From the NCBI GenBank assembly GCA_963663965.2, contig CAXXFK010000037.1, positions 1 to 64,000 on the forward strand: a stretch of 64,000 nucleotides of DNA. The letters are read 5' to 3'. This DNA comes from Sedimentisphaerales bacterium (GTDB taxonomy: Bacteria; Planctomycetota; Phycisphaerae; Sedimentisphaerales; SM23-30). Below the pieces are notes generated by a model. That model searched no databases, was not told where the DNA came from, and was given only the letters and a program-made list of their open reading frames with translations. Both the position numbers and the translations under genes were made by a program. Shown here piece by piece: positions 30,307-41,381 of the stretch; within the stretch, counting starts at the first letter, position 1; each line of letters starts with the position of its first letter.

Positions 30307-33300
30307 TCAGCGAACCCGGAGGTTGCCGATACTGGTAACGTTTGTCGTATTGGAAGGCATTTCAGCAGAAGAGGTATTAATCACATTCCCCAGAAACGCG
30401 GCGGCGGCAGTGGATTCAATGGCCAGGTAGTGATCGACGAAATTGGTAACGTCGCCGCAGTAGACGCGGGCCGTGGTATTGTTGCGGATATCGTAGGCAA
30501 AATCTTCGGCATCGCGCGCGATGTGGAACTGCTGCAATTCGAGATCGCCGCCGCCGGCAACGACACTGCGGTTGTTGGTACCCCAACAGCAGGTTCCAAA
30601 CATGCGGAAGGTTTCGTTGAGAGTGTTACCGGTTTCAAGATACCGGCCGATTTCACCATTGACGGTGACGATCTGGGAATTGATCATATCGAGTCCCCGC
30701 GCGCCGATTTTATCGACCTGAATCGCAGTGGTGCACTGATCGACCCCCATACCCATACAATACCCGGACGGGCCATTGCCGTTTTCCGCCAGCAGCTGGA
30801 CCCCGTACTTACCGCCAAAAACGAAATTCTGGTGCAGGACTTCATTGGTCATATCGCCAAAGAGGTAAGGCCTGCCATACTGCCAGACGAGTTGATAAAC
30901 CCCGCCCAGATCGCCGGTAGGTATACTCTGGTAATTGGAAGCCTGATGGGCATAGGAAGAGGGATTGAACTGGCAATTATGGATCTGGCCATCCACGGAA
31001 CCATGGCCGACATGGATGCCGGTTTTTATGGCGGTGCCGAACAGGTAATCGACGTAATGGCGATCACAGCGATACGTGGCCAGGTCGAGCAACTGCCAGG
31101 GAATGGTTGAGGCAACATTAATCACATAGACATCGGCGCCCAGGCCGCGAATCATAAAGGGGTAGGGCGCCATGCCGTAACTGGTCGTATCGCTGCTATC
31201 GTACACCTGGCCGGGATAGTGGATGGTCAGGCCGCGAACGCCGGAACCGGGAGCCAGTTGAATAAAGGGTGTGCCATTTTCCTGATTGCGGCCGTACCAG
31301 GTATTCAGGACACTGCCCCGTCCGCTGCTGCTATGTGCCAGATCGAATACGCCGCGCAGTTCGACGCCGGTGGGCACAATCAGGGCGCCATCCAGACGAT
31401 AATCGCCGCCGGGAACAAAAACAATACCGCCGCCATTATTCCAGGCATCGGTCAGCGCCGCCTGAAAAGCAGGCGTGTCGTCCACCTGACCATTTCCCTG
31501 AGCGTGATAAGGCGGATTGGTCACAACAAAGAGGTCGGTTCTGGGTGGGGTGAAGGCCCGGGAGGGCTTACGATATTGATAATCGGGCAGCGGCGCCAGA
31601 TTCAGCTGGGTGTGATCGACAATCACCGGATAGCCGGTATTGTCCACGATTTGAGGATTGCGGCTGAAACGGTTGCCCAGAATCGATGCGCCATGAACGC
31701 CGCTGTTGATCCGGATGTGGACCCCACCGGGGCTATTGAAATCGCAATTCATAATAGAGGCATAGCCACCGTCAAAACGCATTTCGCCGTTCAGAACCGT
31801 GCAACTGGTCAGGAGCATACGCTGTAAACCGGCATTATGGACGGCATAACCGGACGCGTCGATAGCACAGGAATGAAACAGTGCGGCGTTGTCGGTTGAG
31901 GCTGAACTGTAATAAATACCGGTCCGGGCATTTTGAATATTGAACCGGGTAAACATAAAGCCCGCGTAGGAGCTCTTCTCGACATAGATGCCGGTTTGAC
32001 AATTTTTTAAGGTAAAACCGTAACACTGGCCGTTGGGGGTATCGGCGGCATTGCGCCGTGAGGGCCATAGCTGTAATCCCCGGTTATAGCCATCCACCGT
32101 CACATACGCGGCATAAGACCAGTCAATCCGGCCCAGTACCACACCCACGCCATTGCCATAGATCCATGCCGCATGCTGATTGGCTGTAGGCGCCTGAGGG
32201 AGGCCGGAATTTTTCCAGAATTCGGGGGAGAAATAAACGGTTTCAATCCGGCCCACATCCGCCAGGCAATCAAATTCGATCCCGGTTTTCAGGGGTGTGC
32301 CATAGATATGGCGCAGGAAGGGACTGGCGGTAATATCGCTACTGTAATTGGAGAAGCCGATATACGCGTTGATCAGGGTGATATTTTCAACCGTCTGATT
32401 ACTGCCATAAATGCGCTGGAGCGTGGGCGGATAGGGCAGAATGTTATCGGGTGTTTGTTCGGGGTACCAGATTGCCAGGCCTTTAACGCCGGCACAATTA
32501 CTCAGGCCGATAAAAGGCGTACCGGAATCGCTGCCCCGACCGGCATAGGCCATGAGAATGGTACCGGTCACCGGCTGATCGGGATTGGGGATTTGCCAGT
32601 CGCCGCGCAGGGTAACCCGTGAAGGAATCGTTAAGGTACCAGACACTTTATAACGACCGGCGGGCAGGAACAAAGCGCCGCCGCCCAGATTACTCACGGA
32701 GATCAATGCGGTTTGAATCGCTTCGGTGACATCGGTCTGGCCATCGGGAATAATGCCGAAATCTTCGGCATAATGCGGTGTGACGATCAGGTCATCGGTG
32801 GGATACAGGGTCTGGGCAACATGCCAATGGGTAACGATCCCTTTCATCCAGTTGAGCGCGAATTGGGTAAAATCGCCCCAATCGACACCGGGATTGCCAT
32901 CGAACTCGGCCGGGCTGTTACCGGAACGATTGAGCCATTCCGGCGCGAACAGACTCAGATCGTTCACATCCACATCGAAATCTTTATCCAGATCCCCCAG
33001 AACAGGGGCTTTGGCAGTAACGGTTGTTTTACCGGGATTCGTTACGTTATAATCATAGACAATCGAACCGGCTCCGCCATAGGCCGTGAGTCGACCGGCA
33101 GTTACTTCGGTGGCAACCTGTCCGGTAACATCGCCGGATTTGATAAAGACGCCGCCGGCAATATCCATGGATCCGGCGCCGCCGCCATTGACAAGGTCCC
33201 AACCGCCATTGGCAAATAATTCACCGCCATTGAGTTGGTAGTGGCCGCGACCGCCATAAAAAGCCGGGCCCAAAACCCCATTCACCGAGACGATCCCGCC

Positions 33301-33738
33301 ATTCTGTTCGACCGAGGCGCCAAAGGTCGCGTTTTTATTATGAGACCAGGGGCCAATGAATAAATGACTGTTACAATCCAGACGGCCGCCATCAACCACA
33401 ATGCGCGCGCCGGGCTTGCTATAGGCCAGTATCGCCCAGTCCATCACGGTAAGATGGCCTCCGGTGACAATTCGCAAGGGTTTATACTGGTCCAGATGCA
33501 GATTCTGGATGGTCGGGCCATCGTAATCCAGAACGCATTCATTCCAGTTATCGAGCAGATAAACCTTGTAGACATCGGTCGCGCCCGGTTTCAAACTATC
33601 CGGGACATCGTGATTGTTCCAATTGGCCGCATTGGACCAGAGTGTGCCATTGACAGGTCGCCAGAAACAACCGATTTCAGCATATAAATGACTGACAAAG
33701 CCTAACAACATGCAGGAAACGATCGATAACTTCATCAT
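30307..33738 (-). CDS. Secreted beta-helix glycoside hydrolase/lyase (two Pectate_lyase_3-like domains, GH55/GH28-related) with dockerin-like module
   Basis: Two DGxxDxT.A.Q.AL....GGG..F.P.G.Y motifs; GDLDKDFDVDVNDLSLFAPEWL..FDGNPGVDWGDFTQFALNWM dockerin-like repeat; signal peptide. Confidence 0.75.
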   Translation of the reverse strand: MMKLSIVSCMLLGFVSHLYAEIGCFWRPVNGTLWSNAANWNNHDVPDSLKPGATDVYKVYLLDNWNECVLDYDGPTIQNLHLDQYKPLRIVTGGHLTVMDWAILAYSKPGARIVVDGGRLDCNSHLFIGPWSHNKNATFGASVEQNGGIVSVNGVLGPAFYGGRGHYQLNGGELFANGGWDLVNGGGAGSMDIAGGVFIKSGDVTGQVATEVTAGRLTAYGGAGSIVYDYNVTNPGKTTVTAKAPVLGDLDKDFDVDVNDLSLFAPEWLNRSGNSPAEFDGNPGVDWGDFTQFALNWMKGIVTHWHVAQTLYPTDDLIVTPHYAEDFGIIPDGQTDVTEAIQTALISVSNLGGGALFLPAGRYKVSGTLTIPSRVTLRGDWQIPNPDQPVTGTILMAYAGRGSDSGTPFIGLSNCAGVKGLAIWYPEQTPDNILPYPPTLQRIYGSNQTVENITLINAYIGFSNYSSDITASPFLRHIYGTPLKTGIEFDCLADVGRIETVYFSPEFWKNSGLPQAPTANQHAAWIYGNGVGVVLGRIDWSYAAYVTVDGYNRGLQLWPSRRNAADTPNGQCYGFTLKNCQTGIYVEKSSYAGFMFTRFNIQNARTGIYYSSASTDNAALFHSCAIDASGYAVHNAGLQRMLLTSCTVLNGEMRFDGGYASIMNCDFNSPGGVHIRINSGVHGASILGNRFSRNPQIVDNTGYPVIVDHTQLNLAPLPDYQYRKPSRAFTPPRTDLFVVTNPPYHAQGNGQVDDTPAFQAALTDAWNNGGGIVFVPGGDYRLDGALIVPTGVELRGVFDLAHSSSGRGSVLNTWYGRNQENGTPFIQLAPGSGVRGLTIHYPGQVYDSSDTTSYGMAPYPFMIRGLGADVYVINVASTIPWQLLDLATYRCDRHYVDYLFGTAIKTGIHVGHGSVDGQIHNCQFNPSSYAHQASNYQSIPTGDLGGVYQLVWQYGRPYLFGDMTNEVLHQNFVFGGKYGVQLLAENGNGPSGYCMGMGVDQCTTAIQVDKIGARGLDMINSQIVTVNGEIGRYLETGNTLNETFRMFGTCCWGTNNRSVVAGGGDLELQQFHIARDAEDFAYDIRNNTTARVYCGDVTNFVDHYLAIESTAAAAFLGNVINTSSAEMPSNTTNVTSIGNLRVR

Positions 33739-34367
33739 TTATCTCCCGGTCGGGGTACTAAAATCAGATCACAAATAATTATAAAACAAGATAGAAAACA
33801 ATCTCAAGGCAATCTAAGTCATAGCAGATATAAGTATCGCTGAGATTATCAGACGCATGGTCAGGGAAGGTAAATAAAGGAAGTAATTAATGACTGAATT
33901 AGATTCATTTTCTCCAGATCAGGCACCATTTTCAGGCTACCGGTCTTCTATTCTTATCGATTCCTTTACTTATAAATAAACCATCAACTAGTCTAAAAAA
34001 TTAAACCTGTTTTTTACAAAAGGAGGCATTTAACCATTTATAGGACGTATCTATGTATCTAAATTTGATATCACCTGAGATAGCGATGGTATTTTCATTC
34101 ATAAAAAACGATACTATCCTGTCAGATAAAAGTTGGCAACTGGGCACCAACGATCAAAAAAAAACCTTAACCGCTTATTAATTAAATAGTTATCTCTAGC
34201 ATTACCCTGATATCTAACTTGAACAAAATAATTGGCTCAGATCAGCGTTTGGCTATAATAGGAATCCCGTGAAAACAGGATATTGCTTACAAATAAATTT
34301 CTGATACTGAATATTCTGAGAGCGCCAATATATTAAATCCATAACAGCAGACTGAAGGAAACCACTT

Positions 34368-36335
34368 ATGAATTGGAAAAACAGAACGAATCTGGTATTA
34401 CCGTTATTGACGGCCAGTCTATTGCTGATGGCGATAATGAACGTGACGGTAAGGGCGGCAGAGTCGCCGGAGATGTCGGGGAATCCATTATTTCCGGGTT
34501 GGTACGCCGATCCGGAAGGGGTGATTTTCGGGGATGAATACTGGATTTTTCCAACCTATTCAGCCCCTTATAAACAGCAACTGCATCTGGACGCGTTTTC
34601 ATCGAAGGATCTGGTACACTGGACCAAGCATGAACGGGTACTGGATAATAAGGCGGTGACCTGGGTCCACATGGCCATGTGGGCTCCGGCGGTTGTCGCC
34701 AGGGATGGGAAGTATTATCTGTTCTTTGGCGGTAATGATGTCCATGAAGGCGAAATCGGCGGGATCGGGGTTGCCGTGGCGGATAAACCGGGCGGACCCT
34801 ACAAGGATTACCTGGGCAAGCCGCTGATTGGCAATATTATCAATGGCGCTCAACCGATCGATCAGTTTGTCTTTCTGGATAAAGACGGCCAGTATTATAT
34901 GATCTACGGCGGCTGGGGCCACTGTAACATCGCCAAACTGAACAGTGATTTTAACGGATTTATTCCATTTGACGATGGCGTGACGTTTAAAGAAATCACA
35001 CCCAAAGGCTATGTCGAAGGACCGTTTATGTTTCTTAAAGATGGCCGTTATTACTTTATGTGGTCGGAAGGCGGCTGGGGCGGCCCGAATTACAGTGTCG
35101 CGTACGCGATAGCGGATTCACCGCTGGGACCATTTAAACGGATCGGCAAAGTGTTGCAACAGGATCCACAGGTTGCCACCGGCGCCGGTCATCATTCGGT
35201 AATCCATGATCAGAAGGCCGATATCTGGTACGCGATTTATCACCGGCGGCCACTGACGGAAAGAGACGCCAACCACCGGGTCACCTGTATCGACCGGATG
35301 TATTTTGATGAGAATGGCTTTATCAAGCCGATTAAAATCACCCACGAAGGTGTGCCGGCACGAAAACTGGAAAAATCCGTTGACGATAAAGACCAGAACC
35401 CATCGAAAAACACTTTTACCAATCCTTTGAATCCTGGAGCGGACCCCTGGATGCAGACTTACCGGGGAAACTACTACCTGACTACCACCCAGGGCAATTG
35501 TATTCGCATGTGGAAAGCGCCGACCCTGGCCGGCTTGAAGACGGCGAACGCAGTCATGTTGTGGCGCGACAGTAATCCGGAACGGTCTGATGGTATCTGG
35601 GCGCCTGAGTTTCATCTGATTAACGGCCGCTGGTATCTGTATTATACGGCCATGGCGGCAACAAAAGTGGATACGACCCATCGAATGCACGTCTTGGAAA
35701 GCGAGGGAGATGATCCGCTGGGGCCCTATCATTACAAAGGCCGATTGTTCGATCCGACCAACGATCAATATGCCATTGACGGCAGTGTGTTTCAGCATCC
35801 GGGAGATGGGGCGTGGTATTTTTTGTGGGCGGCGCATCCGGGGCATGTGATCAATATCGCCCGTATGAAAAATCCATGGACTTTGGCCACGCCGGGTGTA
35901 GTAATACCGGCTTCAGGATTTGGTTGTGAAGAGGTGCGTGAAGGGCCGGTCGTCCTTAAGCGTAATGGCAAGCTGTTTTTAACCTATTCCGCCTGCGATA
36001 CGGGCAAACCGGATTATAAGATCGGGATGCTGATCGCTGACGATACCGCCGATGTGATGAATCCGGCCTCGTGGAAACAATATCCCCGGCCGGTCTTTGA
36101 GCGCAACGACGAAAATGGCGTCTTTGGCCCGGGGCATCACGGCTTTTTCCAGTCTCCGGACGGCAGTGAAGACTGGATCGTTTACCATGGCAAAACCACA
36201 TCTCAATATACCTATCGCGGACGGACCACCCGTGCCCAGAAATTCATCTGGAACGCGGATGGTACGCCAGACTTTGGAACGCCTTATTCGCTGGATACGG
36301 TACTGGAAGAGCCATCGAAAGTTTCAGCAAAGTAA
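34368..36335 (+). CDS. Secreted protein with two tandem GH43 catalytic domains
   Basis: Domain 1: WYADP, MWAP, QPIDQF, YVEGPF, GHHS. Domain 2: GADPW, IWAPE, AIDGS, VREGP, GPGHHGFF. Confidence 0.9.
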   Translation: MNWKNRTNLVLPLLTASLLLMAIMNVTVRAAESPEMSGNPLFPGWYADPEGVIFGDEYWIFPTYSAPYKQQLHLDAFSSKDLVHWTKHERVLDNKAVTWVHMAMWAPAVVARDGKYYLFFGGNDVHEGEIGGIGVAVADKPGGPYKDYLGKPLIGNIINGAQPIDQFVFLDKDGQYYMIYGGWGHCNIAKLNSDFNGFIPFDDGVTFKEITPKGYVEGPFMFLKDGRYYFMWSEGGWGGPNYSVAYAIADSPLGPFKRIGKVLQQDPQVATGAGHHSVIHDQKADIWYAIYHRRPLTERDANHRVTCIDRMYFDENGFIKPIKITHEGVPARKLEKSVDDKDQNPSKNTFTNPLNPGADPWMQTYRGNYYLTTTQGNCIRMWKAPTLAGLKTANAVMLWRDSNPERSDGIWAPEFHLINGRWYLYYTAMAATKVDTTHRMHVLESEGDDPLGPYHYKGRLFDPTNDQYAIDGSVFQHPGDGAWYFLWAAHPGHVINIARMKNPWTLATPGVVIPASGFGCEEVREGPVVLKRNGKLFLTYSACDTGKPDYKIGMLIADDTADVMNPASWKQYPRPVFERNDENGVFGPGHHGFFQSPDGSEDWIVYHGKTTSQYTYRGRTTRAQKFIWNADGTPDFGTPYSLDTVLEEPSKVSAK

Positions 36336-36444
36336 GTGCACCTCACAAAATGAGTTTTCTCCTGTGACCGGCTGCAAAAGTGGTTCCGATCTATCGGAAT
36401 TCTCGGGGCCCAATATTCTCAACACCCCATAGCAGGGTTGCCTG

Positions 36445-36460
36445 TCCCGATTTATCGGGA
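36445..36460. repeat. Short REP-like palindrome TCCCGATTTATCGGGA
   Basis: Seen directly; nested in an imperfect larger stem (GGGTTGC..GCAGCCC) in the GH43-C25 spacer. Confidence 0.4.
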
Positions 36461-36521
36461 TTCGCAGCCCCGGGATATTGTCAATCTATTTTAAAGATTG
36501 AGGGATGGCTGAAAAACTGAG

Positions 36522-36550
36522 TTGAAATCAAGTTATGATTGTGGTATTAT
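36522..36550 (+). promoter_or_regulatory. Putative sigma70 promoter of the C25 peptidase gene
   Basis: TTGAAA-17 bp-TATTAT with an extended -10 TG. Confidence 0.5.
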
Positions 36551-36580
36551 TAAGCTTACAAGGTAGATATCGGGCAGCTG

Positions 36581-39500
36581 ATGAAAGAGACGTTTTCGGC
36601 AATCTCTCTGGCAGGCGAGGTTATCATGGAAAGATATCATATCTTAACAAGCGTCGCGATAAGTATTTGTGCAGGGTTAAGTGTGCTGGTTCCTGTCGCC
36701 CTGGGTGATAACGGTGATGGACGATATTTGCTGATCACGGGAGAAGCGCTCAAAGACAGTTTTCAGCCACTTGTCGATCATCGAGTCGCTCAAGGTCTGG
36801 ACGGGATCCTTATTACCATTGAGGAAATAGCGGCAAGCGGCGAATACTCGGGGATCGATATCCAGGCGAAAATTCGGGACTGTATCCAGCGCCACTATGA
36901 TCCTAACCGCTCCATGTATCTGGTGTTAGGGGGAGATGAACACATCGTGCCGGTACGATATTGCCAGACAGAAGATGAGACCGTACCTGTCGATCTCTAT
37001 TACGCAGATATGGATGGCACTTTGTGGGACGCTGACGGAGATGGTATCTATGGAGAGATCGGCGACATCGGGCTTGCTGAATTGACCCCCGAATTGTGTT
37101 TTGGCCGAATTCCCGTAGACACCCCGGAAGAAGTGGAAGCCTATTATTCCAAGATGATTCGATATGAAACCATCGATCCCAATGAGTTTGTTGATTCTCT
37201 ATTACTGTTGTCCGGGTCGGGATACGAATTCTGTTATGAGGGGCCTGAACGGCCTGCGGCATACAGAGACCATGAACCCGTGAGCCAGAAGGAAGTGGAA
37301 ATGACGGATGTCTTCTTGAACATTATCCAGCCCTATTGGCAACCCGGACACCTGGCGAGATTATTTGACAGTAACACGGATTGGGACGTCAATCAGTTTG
37401 GTGATTTTCCGATCACCTGGGTTAATGTGTTCGATACGATTAACCGCGGTTATCACTACATCTATTACTGGCAGCATTCCGGCACCAGGTATTGGACCTT
37501 CCAGGATGAGGATACGGGGTGTGTTTTTAACTGGGTACACGGGTCCAATGTAACCAACACGTTTCCATCCATCATGTTTGCCCGTGGCTGCTCAACTGCC
37601 CGTTATGATGAAGATGATACCAATTTGTGCGAGTCCTTGATCAAAAACGGTAACGGGGGAGCTATAATCTACTTCGGACATACCCGCTCGGCGGGCGGCT
37701 CTCCCCATTGGGATCAGATCCTCCGCAACGTTTTTCAGGAATCTCACCCCAGGATTGGAGAAGCCTATAAAGCGTGTTTGACCATCTTAGCGCCAGAGAA
37801 GATAAGTAATCCGTGGCACCAGTATATTTTCGTGCTGCTCGGTGATCCGGCCATCGTATGCCACCAGCAACAAAAGAGAACCTTGCAGTTGCTATCTCCG
37901 AAAGGGAACGAGATTAGCCAGGCGGGTTCTGATCTTTTCATAAGATGGAATGGCGCCGGGAGTTTCTCTCCACAGGACCAGGTCACCCTTTCCTACTCGG
38001 ACGATGACGGGCTCCACTGGTACTCCATCCCCGGGGCCGATCATCTGCCGTACAATGCCGCGGTTTTTACCTGGGAGAACTGCCCCCTGCCATGTGGATC
38101 GGGCTATCGCGTGAGAGTCTCGTCACTCTCTAATCCCGAGTTGCAGGTCGAATCGTCCCAGTCTTTCAGAATCGCTGATATGGTTGAGTTAACGATAAAA
38201 TCCAAACCAATGTCTGCTGTAAAAGTCACGGGAGCACATTGCTATCAGACCGACTGCATTTTATCCGTTATTGCAGGAGAGCCCGTTCAGCTTACCGCAC
38301 CCGAGCACTGGGGCGATCTCACCTTCATTAGATGGATTGCTGACGATGGCAGCACGTTCAGCAGCGACTCTGAGTTGAATCAATCATTTGGCGTTAATAT
38401 TACTCTAACAGCCACCTACGAATATCATGGTGACATCGCAGGCTTCTTTGTTAACGACGAGATCGCGGAAGATGGTATGGCCGCCGGTAACGACAGTCAG
38501 GATGGCCGCTCTTCCACAACACCTATGCGTTCCGTCCAGGCCCTGCTCGATCGATACCCTGACATTGGCTATGGTGACATAGTACACGTTTCAGAAGGGC
38601 GGTATATAGAGAACCTTTTCCTGAGTCAAACGCATGTCGGCTTGACCCTTCGTGGCGCAGGACCCACCCAATCCATCATTGACGGCGGCCACGTAACATC
38701 CTGCCTTCTGGCAGATAACGGTTGGTGTGGAGAACTGCAAAACCTGGGTTTCGAAAATGGGTTGGGTACTACCCATGGCGGCGCTCTGCAATTAGGCGGC
38801 GGTGCCGCATGTATCGTTCGGAACTGTCGGTTTGTCGGTAATGAGGCACAAAACAGGGGAGGCGCCATCTATTTAAGCTGTTCAATCTGGCCGATGGGGC
38901 TGGAGGTCTATGATTCTATCTTTCTTAACAACCGCGGTAACCAGGGTATAGTCTTCACGGCAAAAGACGTCATGGCAACATTCCAAAACTGCACATTTCA
39001 AGGCAATACTTCAAATAATGGCTGTGTTAAAGTTACCGGAAGCACGCAACTTATATTTACCGACTGTTTGTTCGAGAATAACGTTACCCTGGGCAGTGGG
39101 GGCGCGATTCAGATGAGCGCAGAAGGAGTCAGCCACGCGAATCACTGCACGTTCACTGCGAATTCAGCTAAACAGGGTGGGGCCGTGGAAGCAGATACTG
39201 CTGCGCGGTTCACAGCGGAAGACTGCATCTTTCAGGGTAATACCGCCCCAGAAGGAGGTGGCGCCGTTCATTTCTTTGGTTCCGCCACCGGTCAGTTCCG
39301 GCGATGCACCTTTAAAAATAACACCGGCTATCAGGGCGGCGGTGTTTACTGCAGGGATCAATCCCGTGTTGAAGCGGATCACTGCCTTTTCACAGGTAAT
39401 GTCGTTTCTCAGGCCGGCGGCGCGGTTGGGATCTATAACGATGCCGTCTTCACCGCGACCAATTGTACCATAGCCGATAACAGCTGCGGTAACCTCAGTG

Positions 39501-40075
39501 GGGGTATCGCATGGCATTCCTGGGGTGATCTTACCTTAAATAACTGTATCCTGTTCAACAATCCCGCCCCCAAGTACCCGGATCTTCGTTTGTCGGGTAA
39601 TGGCACCGCCATGGTCTCGTTCTGCTGTACCCCTGATCTGAGGGATGGTATCGGGAATATTACCGATGATCCTTTATTTGTAGATGCTGAGGCCAGCGAC
39701 TATCACCTGAAATCTCAGGCGGGACGATGGGATTCGAACCTGGGCCGTTGGCTCGTGGATGATGTAACCAGCCCGTGTATCGACGCCGGGGATCCTGCTA
39801 CTGACTGGAAAGAGGAGTTCTGGCCTCACGGTGGTCGTACGAACATCGGTTTCTATGGGGGAACAAGTGAGGCAAGCATGTCCCAGAGTCCGGTGGGTAA
39901 TGTGGCCGACCTTAACCTGAACCATTCAGTGGATATTGCCGATCTCATGCTTTTGGCCGACCAGTGGATACAAGAGTTACATCTGCTGCGAGCCGATCTC
40001 GACAGGAATGGGCGAATTGACTTAAAGGATCTTACGATGATGTCCCTATACTGGCTGGAGGTTTTAGGTTTATAA
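36581..40075 (+). CDS. Gingipain-like C25 cysteine peptidase fused to right-handed beta-helix repeats and C-terminal dockerin-like module
   Basis: YLLIT..YLVLGGD..VDLYYADMDG..ELCFGRIP; YYWQHSG (His) and ARGCST (Cys); NGGAI; LLGDP; repeated CxFxxNxA..GGA units; SPCIDAGDP; two ADL(N/D)xNxx(V/I)D..W motifs. The start may be the ATG at 36626. Confidence 0.85.
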   Translation: MKETFSAISLAGEVIMERYHILTSVAISICAGLSVLVPVALGDNGDGRYLLITGEALKDSFQPLVDHRVAQGLDGILITIEEIAASGEYSGIDIQAKIRDCIQRHYDPNRSMYLVLGGDEHIVPVRYCQTEDETVPVDLYYADMDGTLWDADGDGIYGEIGDIGLAELTPELCFGRIPVDTPEEVEAYYSKMIRYETIDPNEFVDSLLLLSGSGYEFCYEGPERPAAYRDHEPVSQKEVEMTDVFLNIIQPYWQPGHLARLFDSNTDWDVNQFGDFPITWVNVFDTINRGYHYIYYWQHSGTRYWTFQDEDTGCVFNWVHGSNVTNTFPSIMFARGCSTARYDEDDTNLCESLIKNGNGGAIIYFGHTRSAGGSPHWDQILRNVFQESHPRIGEAYKACLTILAPEKISNPWHQYIFVLLGDPAIVCHQQQKRTLQLLSPKGNEISQAGSDLFIRWNGAGSFSPQDQVTLSYSDDDGLHWYSIPGADHLPYNAAVFTWENCPLPCGSGYRVRVSSLSNPELQVESSQSFRIADMVELTIKSKPMSAVKVTGAHCYQTDCILSVIAGEPVQLTAPEHWGDLTFIRWIADDGSTFSSDSELNQSFGVNITLTATYEYHGDIAGFFVNDEIAEDGMAAGNDSQDGRSSTTPMRSVQALLDRYPDIGYGDIVHVSEGRYIENLFLSQTHVGLTLRGAGPTQSIIDGGHVTSCLLADNGWCGELQNLGFENGLGTTHGGALQLGGGAACIVRNCRFVGNEAQNRGGAIYLSCSIWPMGLEVYDSIFLNNRGNQGIVFTAKDVMATFQNCTFQGNTSNNGCVKVTGSTQLIFTDCLFENNVTLGSGGAIQMSAEGVSHANHCTFTANSAKQGGAVEADTAARFTAEDCIFQGNTAPEGGGAVHFFGSATGQFRRCTFKNNTGYQGGGVYCRDQSRVEADHCLFTGNVVSQAGGAVGIYNDAVFTATNCTIADNSCGNLSGGIAWHSWGDLTLNNCILFNNPAPKYPDLRLSGNGTAMVSFCCTPDLRDGIGNITDDPLFVDAEASDYHLKSQAGRWDSNLGRWLVDDVTSPCIDAGDPATDWKEEFWPHGGRTNIGFYGGTSEASMSQSPVGNVADLNLNHSVDIADLMLLADQWIQELHLLRADLDRNGRIDLKDLTMMSLYWLEVLGL

Positions 40076-40338
40076 AAGCAATCTGAAAACGGATTCAAGA
40101 GTGAACTCGTTACTGTCTCTAAACCTTGGGTCAATAAGAAGGGATCGATATTGTTCCGATTGATGTCTGCCGACGTTGCGCCCGGCGATCCACCAAGCAT
40201 CAGGCGATTCTGCTCGCGTGGCTGGAGTTTAATCTGCCCAGGCAAATAAAAAGTAAATACGAAATGTAGTGAAAACTTGTATACTGCATTGACACTATCA
40301 AAAACGCCGTTTTAATCCCGCACGTGTAAAATCTGGGT

Positions 40339-40373
40339 GAAAAAAAATGAGGGCGCCAAAAAGCGACCTCATT
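40339..40373 (-). terminator. Probable intrinsic terminator after the sugar isomerase gene
   Basis: Minus strand AATGAGGTCGC-TTTTTG-GCGCCCTCATT followed by a T-run. Confidence 0.65.
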
Positions 40374-40402
40374 GATACTTTGATTAATAAATGAAAAGTT
40401 GA

Positions 40403-41281
40403 TCAGATCAGCTTCATTTTTTTGAGGCTGTCAAAACAGCGCTTGACACATTCGATGGGCGGGTAGGCGTAGCTTTCGTGTTCGATGATGTACCAGTCGG
40501 TTTCACCCACGGCCTGACAGAGCGCGAAATAGGCTTTCCAGTTGATCTCATCTTCACCGATCAGGGCCTTGTCATCTTTGGAACTGTATGCCTTGACATG
40601 GACGGTCGTAGCGCGGCCGGGATAACGATAGAGATAGGGCAGCGGATCGGCGCCGCCATGGCCGGCGTTGCAGGTATCGAGTTGCATAATCACTTCGGGA
40701 TGGGTGTTCTGCAGGAAGACATCCCAGGGAATCAGGCCGTCCATGGGCTGGAATTCGACACTATGATTATGATAGCCGACACGCATACCGTGAGGCTTGA
40801 CTTTATCGGCCAGTTCGTTAAAGAGCGCGGCGGTTTTCTTCCAGGCATCAATTGAATTACGATTTTGATCGGGCAGGCTGGGAACGATCAGGTATTTGTT
40901 ACCGATCGTTTTGTTATATTCGATAGTTTTAGCCAGATTATCACCCATCAGGGTATCCAGTCCGGTATGGGTGCCGCAGCAAACCAAACCGTTATCATTG
41001 AGGAGCTTACGCATGTCAGTGGCCGAGTAATTATAATAACCGGCAAACTCAACGCCGGCATAACCGATTTTTGATACGGCGGCCAGAGTCGCAGGCAAGT
41101 TTTTACCACAATCTTCGCGGACTGAATAGAGTTGCAGCCCGACATTGACTTTATTCTTTTTGCCGACTTTGGGTTTTGTCGGCTCAGCGGCCTGTAACGA
41201 TGAAGCCAATACGGCCGAAGCTGAAACAGTACCGGCCAGGAACAGCCGACGGGAAAGCGGGTCAGATCGATTGGATGACAT
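40403..41281 (-). CDS. Sugar phosphate isomerase/epimerase (xylose isomerase-like TIM barrel, AP_endonuc_2), Tat-exported
   Basis: SRRLFL twin-arginine motif; GLQLYSVR, GVEFAG, GYHNH..EF, QLDT, VHVK, IIEHE metal-binding motifs. Confidence 0.9.
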   Translation of the reverse strand: MSSNRSDPLSRRLFLAGTVSASAVLASSLQAAEPTKPKVGKKNKVNVGLQLYSVREDCGKNLPATLAAVSKIGYAGVEFAGYYNYSATDMRKLLNDNGLVCCGTHTGLDTLMGDNLAKTIEYNKTIGNKYLIVPSLPDQNRNSIDAWKKTAALFNELADKVKPHGMRVGYHNHSVEFQPMDGLIPWDVFLQNTHPEVIMQLDTCNAGHGGADPLPYLYRYPGRATTVHVKAYSSKDDKALIGEDEINWKAYFALCQAVGETDWYIIEHESYAYPPIECVKRCFDSLKKMKLI

Positions 41282-41381
41282 GATATTCTCCTTGAATTAC
41301 AGGTAGATATTATTGATGGAACATCAAGGAGATACTATAGCGCAGGCCGGGATATCTGGCAAATAATTTCGAAACGTAAAA

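Noticed and set aside
39853..40245. 130 aa minus-strand ORF downstream of the sugar isomerase gene
   Set aside because: Overlaps the C25 C-terminus, lies beyond a terminator and has no recognisable motif; at most a gene remnant.
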